Positions 1 through 12,661 of a stretch of DNA of 64,000 bases are shown in pieces; position 1 is the first letter of the stretch; the number at the start of each line of letters is the position of its first letter. The notes below the pieces were generated by a model. The model saw nothing but the letters and a program-made list of their open reading frames with translations. It did not search any database and had not been told where the DNA came from. Made by a program: the position numbers and the translations under genes. The stretch comes from Heterodontus francisci (taxonomy: Eukaryota): positions 1 to 64,000 of the forward strand of contig NW_027140807.1 of NCBI RefSeq assembly GCF_036365525.1, given 5' to 3'.

Positions 1-318
1 CTCTTTACCTCTTTTTGTCATTTCTTTTGTCTTTGTCTCTACCTCTCCAAACTTTTTCTCTCTAATTCTCTGTCCCCTTTTGCCTGCATTTTGCTCCCAA
101 TCTGTCTCTCTGTAGATATGGTTTGCCTCCCTAGCCTTCCTCCATTTCCACCTCGCCATTCCCCTATGTTTATTTGTTTTAACTCTTGCTTCGTTACTCT
201 TTGTTTTTTTCTAAAGTTTACGTTCTCTCCCCTTTCTTCAAACTGACGGGAGCAAACCGGCCGACAGTTTTAATACTTACTGAGACCACTGATATGGTTC
301 GACAAATATCTCACTCAC

Positions 319-376
319 CCAGGATTGTTAACTTAGTGCCGTCTCCGAAATATGATGGCTGGTTATTTCCTGCTCC
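319..376 (-). CDS. TRBJ: TCR beta J segment J2.6 (type F), GAGNNQPSYFGDGTKLTIL, apparently functional
   Basis: FGXG motif; GTGAGT donor at 318; 12-RSS read on + strand: heptamer CACATCA 377-383, 12-bp spacer, nonamer ACAAAAACA 396-404. Confidence 0.92.
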
Positions 377-927
377 CACATCATTATGTCACAACACAAA
401 AACATTCCTCAATTGCGCCCTGCCAGTTTTCAGTGTCCATCTCATTAATATTTGATATTGCCCTTTGACTAACATGAGCTGACCAGACAACAAAGTATAC
501 CCATAAAATAACCGGGTGGGGAGGTGGGGGAGCGGGGGCTTGACCATTAAAGCTAGCAACATTCACAGTACCGTCTATCTATCCATCTGTGAATATGTTA
601 GATGTCCACAGATACAGTGCTTATAATACAGGAAGATTTTACATGGAGTTCTTCATAATTATTAATTAACTTCGACTCACAAGTTGGGGACCAGATAGCT
701 CCAGTTGCCTAACGTGCCAGTTAGAAAAACGCTTACAGAACGGATTCATTTCTCACCGTGTCTGGTGAAGGCAAGGGGTAGCCTCCTCATAGGCACTCCT
801 CCCTATTCATGCTCCTCTCTCCTGCTGGAGAAAAGGAGCAGAGAGCCAGTCCATCAGATGACCACCAGCCTGCACAGACAAGATGAACCCAGCATCCCTG
901 GCTTCATTGAATGAAAGTCTAACTCAC

Positions 928-987
928 CCAATACTGCTGTTAGAGCCGAACCGTCCCCATAATGTCAAGGCTGGTAGCTCCCGCCTG
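928..987 (-). pseudogene. TRBJ: TCR beta J pseudogene J2.5 (type E), GGSYQP*HYGDGSALTAVL
   Basis: Paralogue of the Js at 6578 and 10172; in-frame TGA, F-to-Y change in FGXG and a one-codon insertion; RSS CACTATA 988-994, 12 bp, ACCAAAACA 1007-1015. Confidence 0.85.
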
Positions 988-1141
988 CACTATACTAAAC
1001 AACAGTACCAAAACACACCTTTGGATAGACAGATACACCGACAGAAAAGTAGCTACGTAGATCGATAAACATAAAGATGGATACACAGAAAATACATTGT
1101 GGATGATGGAACAATAGATGTTTATATAGATGCTAACGTAC

Positions 1142-1191
1142 CTAAAACAGTTAACTTGGTACCAGCTCCGAAGTAGTAAATATCAGAAGAG
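1142..1191 (-). CDS. TRBJ: TCR beta J segment J2.4 (type D), SSDIYYFGAGTKLTVL
   Basis: FGAG motif; GTACGT donor; RSS CACAAAG 1192-1198, 12 bp, ATCAAAACC 1211-1219. Confidence 0.9.
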
Positions 1192-2731
1192 CACAAAGCT
1201 AAATCCCTGTATCAAAACCTCTCACCTCTCTCTGATTCTTGTCCTGAAGGAGCCTTTCACAACTAGAAAGAACCTACAGGAGTATTGGCACAAAGGAACA
1301 TAGAAATACTGTAGCTGGAGTAGGCTATTCAGCCCGTCGAGCTTGTTCTGACATTCAGTGAGGTCATGACTCATCTGTATTGTAACCCCATCAGCCTGTT
1401 TGTGTTCCAGACCCTTTTCCTAACAAGGCTGTATCATTCTCAGATTGGGAAGTGACAATTGACCCTGTGGCCTCAGCAGTTTCTCAGGGTGGAGAGGCCC
1501 AGATTTCCGCCACCGTTTGTTCAGTTATGTCCTTTCTGGCATCACCCCTGAACGGCCAAGCTTTAATGTTAAGCTAATGCTCCCCCCCACCCTCACCCTT
1601 GTTCTGGGCTCTGACACCCGCGGAAATTGCAGCTCTATCTACCCGATCGAATCCTCTCATGATCTTAAACACATCAGTTGGATCAATCCTTAATCTCCAA
1701 TGCTCAACATCTCTAAGCAACCTGCCCCCACAATTTAATTCCGGCATGATTCTGGTAAATGAGGAAAGATCATTCGCAATCTGCCCTGGACTTTCCACTC
1801 ACGTTCCCCAGGCCGTTCAATGTGCATTCTACACCCAGTCTCCATTCACAAATTTAAAAAATCCCTTTTGATATTTCTCATCCATTTAAACGTTTCAGGT
1901 TAATGGGGAATACATCAAATCATATCGACACTTCAGCACCGAACCAGACCATTCAGCCCACTACATCCTAGCCGATTAAATGCTCCACATTATCCTTCTC
2001 ACACCCTCTTCATCTCACCCCATCAATAGGTCCTTTTATTCCTTTCTCCCCCATATGTTTATCCAGCTTCCCTCTTAAAAACATCTCTGCTATTTGCCTC
2101 AGCCCACTCCCTGTGGTAGTGAATTCCACATTCTTGCCACTCTCTGGTTGAAAAGGCTTCTCCTGAATTCCATATTGGATTTATTAGTGACTGTCTTATA
2201 TTGATGGTCCCCTGGTTCTGGTCTCCCCAACAAGTAGAATCATCTTGCCTCTGTCATAATCATAAAGACCTCGATCAGGTTATCCTCTCTGCCTTCTCTT
2301 TTCTAGAGAAAACAGCACCAGCCTCTTCATTCTTTACCTGTAGTTATATTCTCTCAGTTTTGGGAGCTCACTTGTAAATATGTTTTGTTTTGCTCTATCC
2401 AGTGCCTCTGCTTTTTTAATCATATGCAGAACAGAACGGCATACTAAAGAATTGAATCTGACAGTTTTCGTTCTGTGGTTGTGTCCTCTTGTTCTGCTCT
2501 CATTTGCAGCTACAATTGCCGTTTGCACTGTTTATTTTAGAGACCCTCCCTTATGTTCCACTCAAGCCCCTTTCCATCCAGTGACATGAATTCAGCAGTT
2601 GTAGGTCTCCCTTTGTAAGCTCAAGAGTCGAAATTAATTCACCAAATTCCCATATTTTCACTCCCTCGACCACCCCACGTGAATTCCCAAATTGAATCAA
2701 CTTTTCCAGCATTAGGAATGCATTCACTCAC

Positions 2732-2781
2732 CTAAAACCACCAGTTTGGTCCCATCTCCGAAATATGCTTCTCCAGCATTA
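2732..2781 (-). CDS. TRBJ: TCR beta J segment J2.3 (type C), NAGEAYFGDGTKLVVL
   Basis: FGDG motif; GTGAGT donor; RSS CACAATG 2782-2788, 13-bp spacer, GCAAAATCC 2802-2810. Confidence 0.92.
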
Positions 2782-3371
2782 CACAATGGTATGGGGCTGT
2801 CGCAAAATCCCCCTCAAGTCTAGATTGTTAAGTCTGTTCCATTGAAGTTCTGACTGTGTCAATGGCCTGTAAAGGTCGTTGGAACATGGGGACAGGAGGT
2901 GGCCATTCAGCCCTTCGTACCTGTTCCACCATTCAGTTAGATCAGGGTTGTTCTGAACCTTAACTCCATCATCCCACCTTGCTTCTGTAAACCTCAATAC
3001 TTCTGTTTAACAAAAATCAAACAATCTTGGATTTGAACTTATCAATTGACCCCCAGCCTCAACAGTATTTTATTTGTTGTGGGGGGTTCGGGGAGAGTTC
3101 CTGATCTCACCCCTGAACGGCTCGAATTTAAATTGTTCTGGATTCCCCCCAACCTGAAGAAGCAGTTTCTCTCTTTCTATCCAACACCTCAAGCACCTCG
3201 ATTATATCAACCCTTAATGATCTAGGTTCAAGGGACTGTCAGCTTAGTCTGAGTAACCAGTCCTCATGATTTAACCCCTTTCTGCATCTAATATCTGAAC
3301 TTACTCCCCGCGATTTTATAACCGCATATAGACCTCGATGTTGATCTGATAGGAAGAACAGAGTCCGTTAC

Positions 3372-3419
3372 CGAAAACTGTTAACTTGGTCCCGTCGCCG
3401 AAGTAAGCTATGTTTCCTG
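3372..3419 (-). CDS. TRBJ: TCR beta J segment J2.2 (type B), GNIAYFGDGTKLTVF
   Basis: FGDG motif; GTAACG donor; consensus heptamer CACAGTG 3420-3426, 12 bp, weak nonamer TCATGAACT. Confidence 0.9.
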
Positions 3420-3794
3420 CACAGTGGCCTAAACCCAGTCATGAACTGGCCCGGGAACTGTTACCCTTGCAGCTGAACGGGTCTGTGCCGGGCGGTTTAC
3501 CGTGGAACACATCACCAAGCGGGTGTCCCGTTGGACTGGTCTTTGCGAACCAGAAGGAAGGGCCAGTGTCGTCCCGGGGAGAGAAATACCGCGCCAAAGT
3601 GACATACGGACGCTTGTGGCAGGAGGGAAATTAGGCGCAATTCTCGGCGGTCATGAGACAGATCTAACCGACTGACTAACTCGTTAAACTGTCCGGGGTT
3701 GGGGGGGTGGGTGGTGAGGGGGGGGGTGCAGTAAGCTGTGAATGCTCACAGCTACACATGAAGGTAGAGAGAACAAAAGACCCCATTATCTTAC

Positions 3795-3845
3795 CTAACA
3801 CCGTCAGTTTGGTGCCGGTCCCGAAATTGTGTGGTGCTGTCTGGG
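3795..3845 (-). CDS. TRBJ: TCR beta J segment J2.1 (type A), QTAPHNFGTGTKLTVL
   Basis: FGTG motif; GTAAGA donor; RSS CACATCA 3846-3852, 12 bp, ACATCAACC 3865-3873. Confidence 0.9.
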
Positions 3846-4366
3846 CACATCAGCAAATCATGTTACATCAACCCGGTCGAAAACGGTTTGCTACAAGTGG
3901 GCTGCTCAGCGTTTAGGAAGCACTGGTCAAGACAATCAGGAGGCACAAAGCAGCTTACAGCCAATGAAGCAGTTTGTTTAGGAAGTGGTCACCACAGGGA
4001 GACAGAGCAACTGATATTGTACCAAGGAAGTCCCATCAAACAGCAGTGAGATTAATGAGCAGATCATTGTGATGTTGGTTGAGGGATCAATATTGGTCCC
4101 AAGACACCGGGGTGGTGTTTCAGGGGTTGAAGAGTAACCAGTTTTCACACAAATAACACAGTTATTCTCTTTTCCAGAGGAATGCTCTAGGTTATAAAGC
4201 TGGACCATTCTGAGGCATCTACAAGATTGAAAGGGCCCAGCTCCCGCCATAATCCAGAGGAGATGTTTATTCGTTTACTCTGTTGCCACTGCTCTTCTGC
4301 TGATCTTCCTCGAGGTGTGTAGAGCGAGGTTTTTGTACGGAGGCTGCATTGGATTCTATCACAGTG

Positions 4367-4379
4367 TCCCCCCTGTCCC
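4367..4379 (-). CDS. TRBD: TCR beta D segment D2 (GGGACAGGGGGGA), open in all three frames (GTGG/GQGG/DRG)
   Basis: 5' 12-RSS (heptamer 4380-4386, nonamer 4399-4407) and 3' 23-RSS (heptamer 4360-4366, perfect nonamer 4328-4336); core matches the conserved vertebrate Dbeta GGGACAGGGGG. Confidence 0.97.
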
Positions 4380-4544
4380 CACGGTGATAGACACTCATAC
4401 AAAAAAGAACGCGAATTTTGCAAGGCCCTGCCTCTGAAAAGACTCCCGAGGGCTTCACTTGGTGAAGTCAGTTGAGATTGAGCTGCTGAAAGTTTTTTAG
4501 TCCTTTGGACCAGAATTAAAGGCCGTTCATTCCGTCTCAAAACT

Positions 4545-4710
4545 GTTAGCAGGAACAGGAGGTGGCCATTCCGCCCCTTCTCAGCCTGCTACACAGGTGC
4601 AGCAAGAGGCCATTCAGCCCCTCTAGACCTTGTTACACAGGAAGAAGAGGAGGCCCATTCAGCCCCTCTTGAGCTGCTTACACAGTAACAGGCCCATTCA
4701 TCCACTCAAG
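4545..4710. repeat. Short (~4 copy) version of the 44-bp minisatellite upstream of D2, followed by a polypyrimidine tract
   Basis: Repeated acaggaacaggaggnggccattcagcccctct units; same unit as 13680-14785. Confidence 0.75.
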
Positions 4711-5354
4711 CCTCCTTCCTTTCCTCTACTTCCTTCCTTCCTTTCTTTCCGTCCTTCCATCCTTCCTCCCTTCCTTCCTTTCATGGTTTTTTTCTTGCTT
4801 GCTTTCTCTCTTTCTTTCTCTCTCTCCATTCCATCTCTCTGTTGCACCCCTTCTCCCATTCCCCCTCCCCGATCCCTTACCCGCTTCATGATCTGCATTC
4901 TCTCTTCTACAACGAGCAGGACCTCAGGACATACCGGCCACGGGACCTCAAACAGAAGCCACTTACTCTAGACAGTAAATCGTTCACACTGCTATCTCTT
5001 ATCTTATCACTCAGAGAGACCCATGTCTGCCAAACTAGTGCAAGTTTCCCAGGTGTCGTGTTGATGTGCGCGGTGCTGTTATCATTCCTGCAGATCTCAT
5101 TGCACACCAACCCCCATCGCCATGCACCTGACATGAGGGAGAAAGGAATAGAAGTTTAGATGGTGTAGTGGGGGTGGGGAGAGGAGGCTCATGTTCAGTA
5201 TCACCACTGGCTTGATGACACATTTCTGGGGGGATTCGAGCAATGTTTGAAAATGAATAATCCGCCCTCTGAGAAAATGGGTCAAAAAAGGAACTTCCTT
5301 AAAAACACTGTGGAAATACCTAAAACACATTGAACGCAGGCGTGACGCTAGCAA

Positions 5355-5660
5355 AATGATAATGTTGCTGGGCTAGTAATCCTGCAGCCCGGGCTAGTGT
5401 TCTGGTTGTGTGAATTCAAATGGCCGCAGATGGGATTTAAATTCAGCTGATTCATAAAAATCTGTCAGGGTGCCATGAAACTGTCGTCGATTGTCATAAA
5501 AACCCATCTCCCATCTTATATGGGACTCCAAACCTGCAGCATGCAGTTGACTGTTAACTGCCCTCTGAAATTGCAAAGCACTCAGTTCAAGGGCAATTAG
5601 GGATGGGCAACAAATGTTGGCCTTGCCATCGGTGCCCACATCCCATGACAAGAATAAAAA
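5355..5660 (+). mobile_element. Shark SINE-like element with LINE-derived 3' tail
   Basis: Tail gggcaattagggatgggcaacaaatgttggcc...gcccacatccc recurs at ~42075, ~60090 and, reversed, at ~7250. Confidence 0.6.
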
Positions 5661-5998
5661 CATGGCCTAACAAACCACTCAGAAGGCAATTATGGGTGGC
5701 CAATAAATGCATCCCAGCACGAATTAACAATGACTTTTCCTGTTCATTTTTGTCTGTATTTTGCTCCCTATCTGTGTCTCTCTGTATATGGTTGCCTCCC
5801 TAGCCTTCCTCCACTCTCCACCTCGCCTTTCCTCTATGTTTAATTGTTTTAACCTTTGCTTCTTTACTGTAATGCTTACGGTTTATTTTTACAAATTTCA
5901 TGTTCTCTCCCCTTTCTTCAAACGGAAGGGAGCAAACTGCCCAACAGTTTCAGTGCTGATTGAGCCCACTGATATATTTCGACCAATATTCTAATCAC

Positions 5999-6056
5999 CT
6001 AGGACCGTTAACTTCGTGGCATCTCCAAAATATGATGGATGGTTACTTCCTGCTCC
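5999..6056 (-). pseudogene. TRBJ: TCR beta J segment J1.10 (type F), probably non-functional, GAGSNHPSYFGDATKLTVL
   Basis: Close copy of the J at 319, but FGXG is FGDA and the nonamer is removed by an 8-bp deletion (heptamer CACATCA 6057-6063 intact). Confidence 0.82.
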
Positions 6057-6577
6057 CACATCACCATGTCACAACATTCCTCAACAGTGTCCTGCTTATT
6101 TGCATTGTCCCGATCATTAATATTTGATATGGGCCTTTGAGTGACATAGGCCAAAGTAAACTCATAAACTAACCAGGGTGTTTGGCAATTAAAACTAGCA
6201 ACATTCCCAATACTGGCTCTCCATCAATGTATGGACCAGTTAGTCAGATGTCCACAGATACAGCTCTGACAATACTGGAAAATTTTACTTGGAGTTCGTC
6301 ATAATTATTAAGTAAGTTGTGCATGCAGGATGGGGACCGATTAGTTCGGTTAGCTAGATGGCTCACGTGTGATTCAGAGCAAGGTCAACAGCAGGGGTTC
6401 GGCTATCGTCTTGTTCTGACGAAAGTAACGGGAAACCGCCTTACCTACCTTTTTCCCTTGTCATTCTCATCTCTCCTGCTGGAGTAAAGGAGCAGAGATC
6501 CATGGACGGAACATCTGCATGACACAGGCAATAGGAACCCAGCCATCCTGGCTTAATCGAATAAACATCTAACACAC

Positions 6578-6634
6578 CCAAAACTGTTAGAGTCGAGCCT
6601 TCCCCAAAATGTAGAGGCTGGACGTTCCCGCCTA
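6578..6634 (-). CDS. TRBJ: TCR beta J segment J1.9 (type E), GGNVQPLHFGEGSTLTVL
   Basis: FGEG motif; GTGTGT donor; RSS CACTATA 6635-6641, 12 bp, ACCAAAACA 6654-6662. Confidence 0.85.
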
Positions 6635-6793
6635 CACTATACTAAACAACAGTACCAAAACACAGCGTTGGGTAGACAGGTACAGCCTCAAGCAAGTAAT
6701 GTATCGATATCTAAACACATGGATGGATGCACAGATACATTGTGGATCGATCGAACAATGGATATTTGCACATTTATGTAGATGGGATATTGC

Positions 6794-6835
6794 CTAAATC
6801 TTAGATCCAGTTCCGAAGTATTAATATCAGCAGAG
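6794..6835 (-). pseudogene. TRBJ: Decayed TCR beta J segment J1.8 (type D)
   Basis: Aligns to the J at 1142-1219 with an internal deletion, GC instead of GT donor, and loss of the CAC heptamer start. Confidence 0.75.
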
Positions 6836-7334
6836 CAAAAGCTAACTCCCTGAATAAAACCTCTCACCTCTCTGTGGTTCTATCCCAAGAGAGCCTTTCA
6901 CAACAATGGAGAACATACAAGTACAGGAACATTGGCTGACAGCAGCACGGGAACAAAAATAGACTGTTCAGCCCTTCGAGTGGGTTCCGACATGCAAAAG
7001 GAACATGTATGTTAGTATCGTCAAGGTGGATGGAAAGAAAGGTGCAGAGCTGAGTGGTTACGTGCACAGCTCTCAATGGTGGATCGATGAAAATCGGACA
7101 GTCCAGAATTTCAGGATCACAAAGATCTCGGAGAGTTGTAGAGGCTGGAGGAGGTTACAGAGATAGGGAGTGTTGTAGAGGCTGGAGGAGGTTACAGATA
7201 TAGGGAGGGTTGTATGAGGCTGGAGGAGGTTGAGGCCATTTTTATTAACTCATTCATGGGATGTGGGCGTCACTGACAAGGCCAGCATTTGTTACCCATC
7301 CCTAGTTGCCCTTGACAACTGCGTGGCTATTTCA

Positions 7335-7965
7335 GAAAGCAGTTAAGAGTAAAGCAAAATAGTTGATAGGTAGAATGAGGTAGAAGTCGTGTTTCAGCTA
7401 TACAGAGCCCTGGTTACACCACATCTGGAGTTCCTCTGAGCATTTATGGGCACCAGACATTAGGAAGGATATGCTGGTCTTGGGGGAAGTGTAGTGTAGA
7501 TTAAACAGACTGATTCTTGGACGCCAAGGGTTAAATTGCAAGGAAAGATTCGACATTTCCTATTCTTTGGAAAAGAGAAGGTTAGAGGGTGGTTTGAGCA
7601 AAGTTTTCAAGATATTAAGGGGAATACATGATGTAGATAGAGAGAAACGATCTCCATTGGTTGTGCAGTCTAGATCTACGGGACAGAGTTTAAGAATTAG
7701 AGCCAGAACTTTTCAGGCATGAAATTAGAAAACATCTTTTCACATAAAGGATGGTAGAAGTTTGGAACTCTCTTCTGCTGGAACAATTGTCAATTTTAAA
7801 TCTCAAATTGATAGATTTTTGTTAACCATAGCTATTAAGGGATTATGGGGCAATGGGGGTAGATGGAGTTAGGTCACTGATCAGTCATGATCGCATTGAT
7901 TGGCAGAACAGACTCGAGGGGCCGAATGGACTACTCCTGCTCCTGTGTACCGATGATCCTATGTT
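7335..7965 (+). mobile_element. Degenerate CR1 LINE 3' fragment
   Basis: Decayed QLYRALVxPHLE...RKD...LEKRRLRG coding remnant and gggccgaatggnctactcctgctcct tail. Confidence 0.7.
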
Positions 7966-7989
7966 CCTGTAACTTCTATTTAAACATAG

Positions 7990-8560
7990 AGTCAGCATTC
8001 TGCTTCAGTTAGAGTGTCCCAAATTCTGACAACTCTGAGTGAAAAGGAATCTAGTAATTGTCCTTGTAGATCTTTTGTCAATGATTTTAAATATCTGACC
8101 TTTGTTTATTGACCCATCCACCAGTAGAAATAATTTCCCCTTCAAGTAATTGTTCAGTCCCCCTTTGAAAGTTACTATTGAGTCTGTTTCCACACCCTTT
8201 CAGGCAGCGCATTCCAGATAACAACACACCGCATAATTGTTTTATTCTTCATATCAGCCCTGTTTATATCGTCAATTACCTTAACTCTGTGCCCTTTGTT
8301 TACCAACGCTTCGAGCATTGGAAATTGTTTCTGAGCATGTACTGTGTCCAAAGCCTTCATTGCTTTGGACACCTCTGTCAAATCCCCCCTAAACTTTCTC
8401 TGCTCTACTCTCTGGACGCAACTGAAGACCCTCATCGCTGGAACCAGTCGAATAAATCATTCGTGCAACCACTCTAAGGCCTTGACATCCATCCTAACAT
8501 GTGACACCCACAATTCTCCAGCTGGGACCTAACCAGCGATTCATCGAGGTTCAGCTTAAC
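7990..8560 (-). mobile_element. Degenerate CR1 LINE 3' fragments
   Basis: ORF-track peptides EQRKFRGDLTEV...VVIWNALPERV are CR1 ORF2 C-terminal motifs. Confidence 0.65.
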
Positions 8561-8978
8561 TCCCTTGCTCAACTCCTCGTCAATCCTTCATCAACGAAGG
8601 TGCTTTCCAGCTTCCTCAACTCTTCATTCTAAATCTCTTGATCGGCACGTATTTGTCCCTGTCCCTCACTCCTATCATCAACTCGTATTACGCCGATTTA
8701 GCTACATTAGGGACTGGATTAGGCCGTTCAACCTCTGATATCCAAGGTACTTATCACATGTCGATTTCCACATGCACAATGCGTCTCTAGTTTGTTTCAG
8801 GAAATATTCCATATGGGGCTCGGAAGTAATGCATGAAGTCTGAACACGAATACAAGGTGTATGTTTATATATAAGGTTCTCAGTTCCGCAACTAGGTTTG
8901 AATAATTTTAAATTTCAACCAGGCAGCCCTCTGATCCCACTTTACTTTAAAGAGCTAATTCGACTCTATATCACTTAG

Positions 8979-9030
8979 CTAAAACCATGAGTTTTGAATT
9001 ACCCCCAAAAGTATAACCATCGTTGCCTGA
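8979..9030 (-). pseudogene. TRBJ: TCR beta J pseudogene J1.7 (unique type G), SGNDGYTFGGNSKLMVL
   Basis: J-like FGGN-SKLMVL; donor CTAAGT instead of GTAAGT; heptamer CGCAATG 9031-9037, 12 bp, ATCAGAACT. Confidence 0.7.
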
Positions 9031-9769
9031 CGCAATGTTACACTTTTGTATCAGAACTCGCGTTTCTTTAACTCGATACACAATAGTTAATGAACATAGT
9101 TGGAACATTTTGTATTGTGTTATATTCATTATTCCACCCTATTGCTCTTTATCTTATATTCTGTTACAATTGATCTCCTCGTCTTTGTCTCTTTTTTATT
9201 GTTTTAAATCTAATTTCCCATCTCCCTCCAGTTCTGTCTGCTGTTTGCTCTCCATCTGGAGTGAAGAAGAATGGGAGATAATCTTCTGGGAAATTCTAAG
9301 ATTCTGAGTGCGCTTGACAGGTTAAATGCTGAGAGGATGTTCCCATGTAGAATTAAAGGGCGCAGTTTCAGAATGAGGGGTCGCTCATTAAGGACGGAGT
9401 GGAGGAGGAATTTCTTCTATCAGGGAGTCGTGAATCTTTGGAATTCCCTCCTCCAGAGCGCTGTGGAGACTGAGTCCGTGAATGCATTCAAACTGAGATG
9501 GAGAGCGGAGCCAAGGATTATGGAGAGCAGGTAGGAAAGAGGGATCGAGGCCAACATCAGATCAGCCATGATCTCTGGTTGCAAATTCCTCTCTCACCAG
9601 CCCTCCTCCAATCTCCTCCATTTAGCTATTTAAATTCTTGCTTCTTCAATGCAATGCTTACTCTTTTGCCTGTTTTCACATTCTCTCTCCTTTCTCTAAA
9701 TTGAAGAGAGTAAACTAGTCGACGGTTTCAATGCTACTAAGAGACATATTTGACTAACATCTCACTTAC

Positions 9770-9827
9770 CCAGGACAGTTAATTTAGTGCCATCTCCAAA
9801 ATACACAGGTTGAATATCCCCTGCTCC
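9770..9827 (-). CDS. TRBJ: TCR beta J segment J1.6 (type F), GAGDIQPVYFGDGTKLTVL
   Basis: FGDG motif; GTAAGT donor; RSS CACATCA 9828-9834, 12 bp, ACAAAAACA 9847-9855. Confidence 0.92.
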
Positions 9828-10171
9828 CACATCATCACCTCACATCACAAAAACATTCCCCAACTCTCTTCTGGAAGAAAGGAAACTCACTGCCCCATTC
9901 CTTAATATTTGATAGTGGCCTCTGGTTAACGCAAGCTAACCGTAAGTTAATGTAAACTGGTGGACTAACCAGGCAGTTTGCAGTTATAACTCTCAGAATT
10001 CCCAAGACTGTCTGCCCCGTCCACATGTGTACCTGTTAGTCAGTTATCCACCGTGACAGTCCTGACAATAGGAGATTTTCTGCAAGTCCCTCACAATTAT
10101 TCATTCAATCCTTCTTGCAAGATGTTTACAGGTGACCCTTGCTTCATTGAAAACAAAGAAACTGAACTCAC

Positions 10172-10228
10172 CCAAAATCGTCAACGTGGACCCTTCCCCA
10201 AAATGTAGCAGGTTGGTATACCCGCCCG
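10172..10228 (-). CDS. TRBJ: TCR beta J segment J1.5 (type E), GGYTNLLHFGEGSTLTIL
   Basis: FGEG motif; GTGAGT donor; RSS CACTGCA 10229-10235, 12 bp, ACCAAAATA 10248-10256. Confidence 0.9.
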
Positions 10229-10439
10229 CACTGCACTGAACAACAATACCAAAATACAACGATGGGTAGACAGATATATGGACAGACAAATAGATAAGTA
10301 GATGGACAAACAGACAGACAGATGGATCCACAGACCAACAAATAGATAGGTCCATTGATAGATAAAGAAATAGAAAGACTTACAGATGAAAAGAGATGTT
10401 TACATATATAAATATCTACATGTGCAAACATAATCTTAC

Positions 10440-10489
10440 CTAAAACAGTGAGTTTAGTACCAGCTCCGAAATAATAAATCTCACCAGAG
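10440..10489 (-). CDS. TRBJ: TCR beta J segment J1.4 (type D), SGEIYYFGAGTKLTVL
   Basis: FGAG motif; GTAAGA donor; RSS CACAATG 10490-10496, 12 bp, ATTAAAACA 10509-10517. Confidence 0.92.
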
Positions 10490-11998
10490 CACAATGATAA
10501 ACTCATGTATTAAAACATTACCTGTCTTTGAGTCCTTTCCCGAAGTAGCCCCTCATAATAAGGGAGAACCGACAAGTATAAGGAAATTTTGTCCAAAGGA
10601 ACATAGCAACTGGGGAACAGGAGTAGACCATTCAGCCCTTCGTGCTTATTCCGACATTTAATTAGATTATTAATCATTTGTACCTTAACGCCTTCGACCT
10701 GCCTTCTTGGTTCCATAACCTTTAGCATCTTTGCCGATCAAAAAATAATCAACCACACATTTGAAATTTTCAATTGACCCCCTCAGCTTTCTGTGGGAGA
10801 GATTTCTGGATTCCACGGGGCATTTTGTAAACAAGTCCTTCTTGACATCATTCCTGAATGGTCTAGCTATCAGTTTAAGGTTTTGCTCTCTTGTTCTGGA
10901 CCCATCACACCAGAGGAAATATCAGATCCTATCATTATCTTAAACACATCAATTGGATCACTCCTGAATCTCCAATTCTCAATTTACTGTAACCCTACTT
11001 TAAACAACACATCGTCATAAATTAAACTCTTTTGATTCCGGTATTATCCTGGTGAATGAGGAAAGGTCATGAGGCCCTTGACACCTCATTGTCCACTGGA
11101 TATGGACAGCTCACCAGTTCGATTAGTAACTTGAAAATAGTGTGTCTCAAAATGGTTTCATCCATTGCTGCTCGAGGCCAAGAGGGAATATTTCGAATTG
11201 CAGAGAATTTACAACACACAAACAGGCCATTCAGCCCATCTGCTCCATACCAGTGTTTACACTCCACTTGAGACTCCTCTCATCCCCTTCATTTAATCCA
11301 ATTTTTTTTATCCAATCTACTTTTTTAAACCCACTCCTTGTGGTAGTGAGTTCCACATTCGCACCACTGTCTGGGTAAAGAAATTTCTCCTGAATTCCCT
11401 ACTGAATTTATTACTGACTATCTGACATTTATGCTCTCCCCGTTCTGGTCTCCCCACAAGTGGAAAAAACTTCGGTGTGTCTACCTTATCGAAACCCCTT
11501 TCAAAATCGTACAGACCTCTACCAGGACACCCCTCAAACTTCACTGCTCTCGAGAAAGGAGTTCCAGTCTGTCCGACCTTCCCCAATAGTTATAACTTCC
11601 CAGTTTGGGCAGCACAGCTGTTAATCTGTTCTGATTTACCTTATCCAGAGCCTCTACATCATTTCTTTGATAATATGCAGACCAGAACTGCATACTAAAC
11701 GATGCAATTGGACATTTTTCGTTCTATCTCTGTGTCCTCATATTCTTCTCTCACAAGTGCAATCATTCTATTTGTATCTACATCGCTGTTTGTTCTGTTT
11801 CTTTTAGAGACCCTCCCTTCTGTATCCACTCAAACCCCTTCCCTACAGTGAAACAAATTCGGCAGTTGTAGATCTCCCCTTGTAACCTGAACAGACGAAA
11901 GAAATTCACCAAATTTCTATATTTTCACTCTTTCGACCACCCCACGTGAATTCCCAAATTGAATCAACTTTTCCAGTATTAGGAATGCATTCACTCAC

Positions 11999-12048
11999 CT
12001 AAAACAACCAGTTTGGTCCCATCTCCGAAATATGCTTCGCTATTGGAG
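11999..12048 (-). CDS. TRBJ: TCR beta J segment J1.3 (type C), SNSEAYFGDGTKLVVL
   Basis: FGDG motif; GTGAGT donor; RSS CACACTG 12049-12055, 13-bp spacer, ACAAAATCC 12069-12077. Confidence 0.92.
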
Positions 12049-12661
12049 CACACTGATATGGGGCTGTCACAAAATCCCCCTCAATCCCCTTAGATTGTTA
12101 AGTCTGTTCCATTGAAGTTCCTATTATGTCAATGACCGTAAAGGTCGTAGGAACATGGGGACAGGAGGTGGCCATTCAGCCCTTCGAGCCTGTTCCACCA
12201 TTCAATCAGATCAGGGTTGATCTGAATCTTAACTCCCGCCTTGGTTCTGTAACCTTCGATACGCAATACTCTATCAATCTTGGATTTGAATTTATCAATT
12301 GATCCCCAGTCTCAGCAGATTGTTTTTTATGGTGTGGGGGTGGAATCCATCATTTCCACTACCCTTTGTGTGAAGAAGTGCTTCCTGATATCATCCCTGA
12401 AAGGCAATAATTTAAACTATTCTGAGCTCCCCCCAACCTGAGGAAGCAGTTTCTCTTTCTATCTATCCAACACCTCAAAACACCTCCATTATATCAGACC
12501 TTAATGTTCTAGATTCGAGGGATTATCAGCTTCGTCTGAGTAACCATTCCTCATGAGTTAACCCTTTTATGTATCTAATATCTGAACATTACTCCTGGTG
12601 ATTTTTTAACTAGACATAGAGTCTGATCGATAGGAGGAACAGAAATACACAGTCGCCTTAC

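Noticed and set aside
8655-8670. GGGACAGGGAC D-like core on the minus strand
   Set aside because: No credible heptamer/nonamer pair on either side
8800-8870. Possible extra J remnant (HYFRA)
   Set aside because: No FGXG, no splice donor and no nonamer
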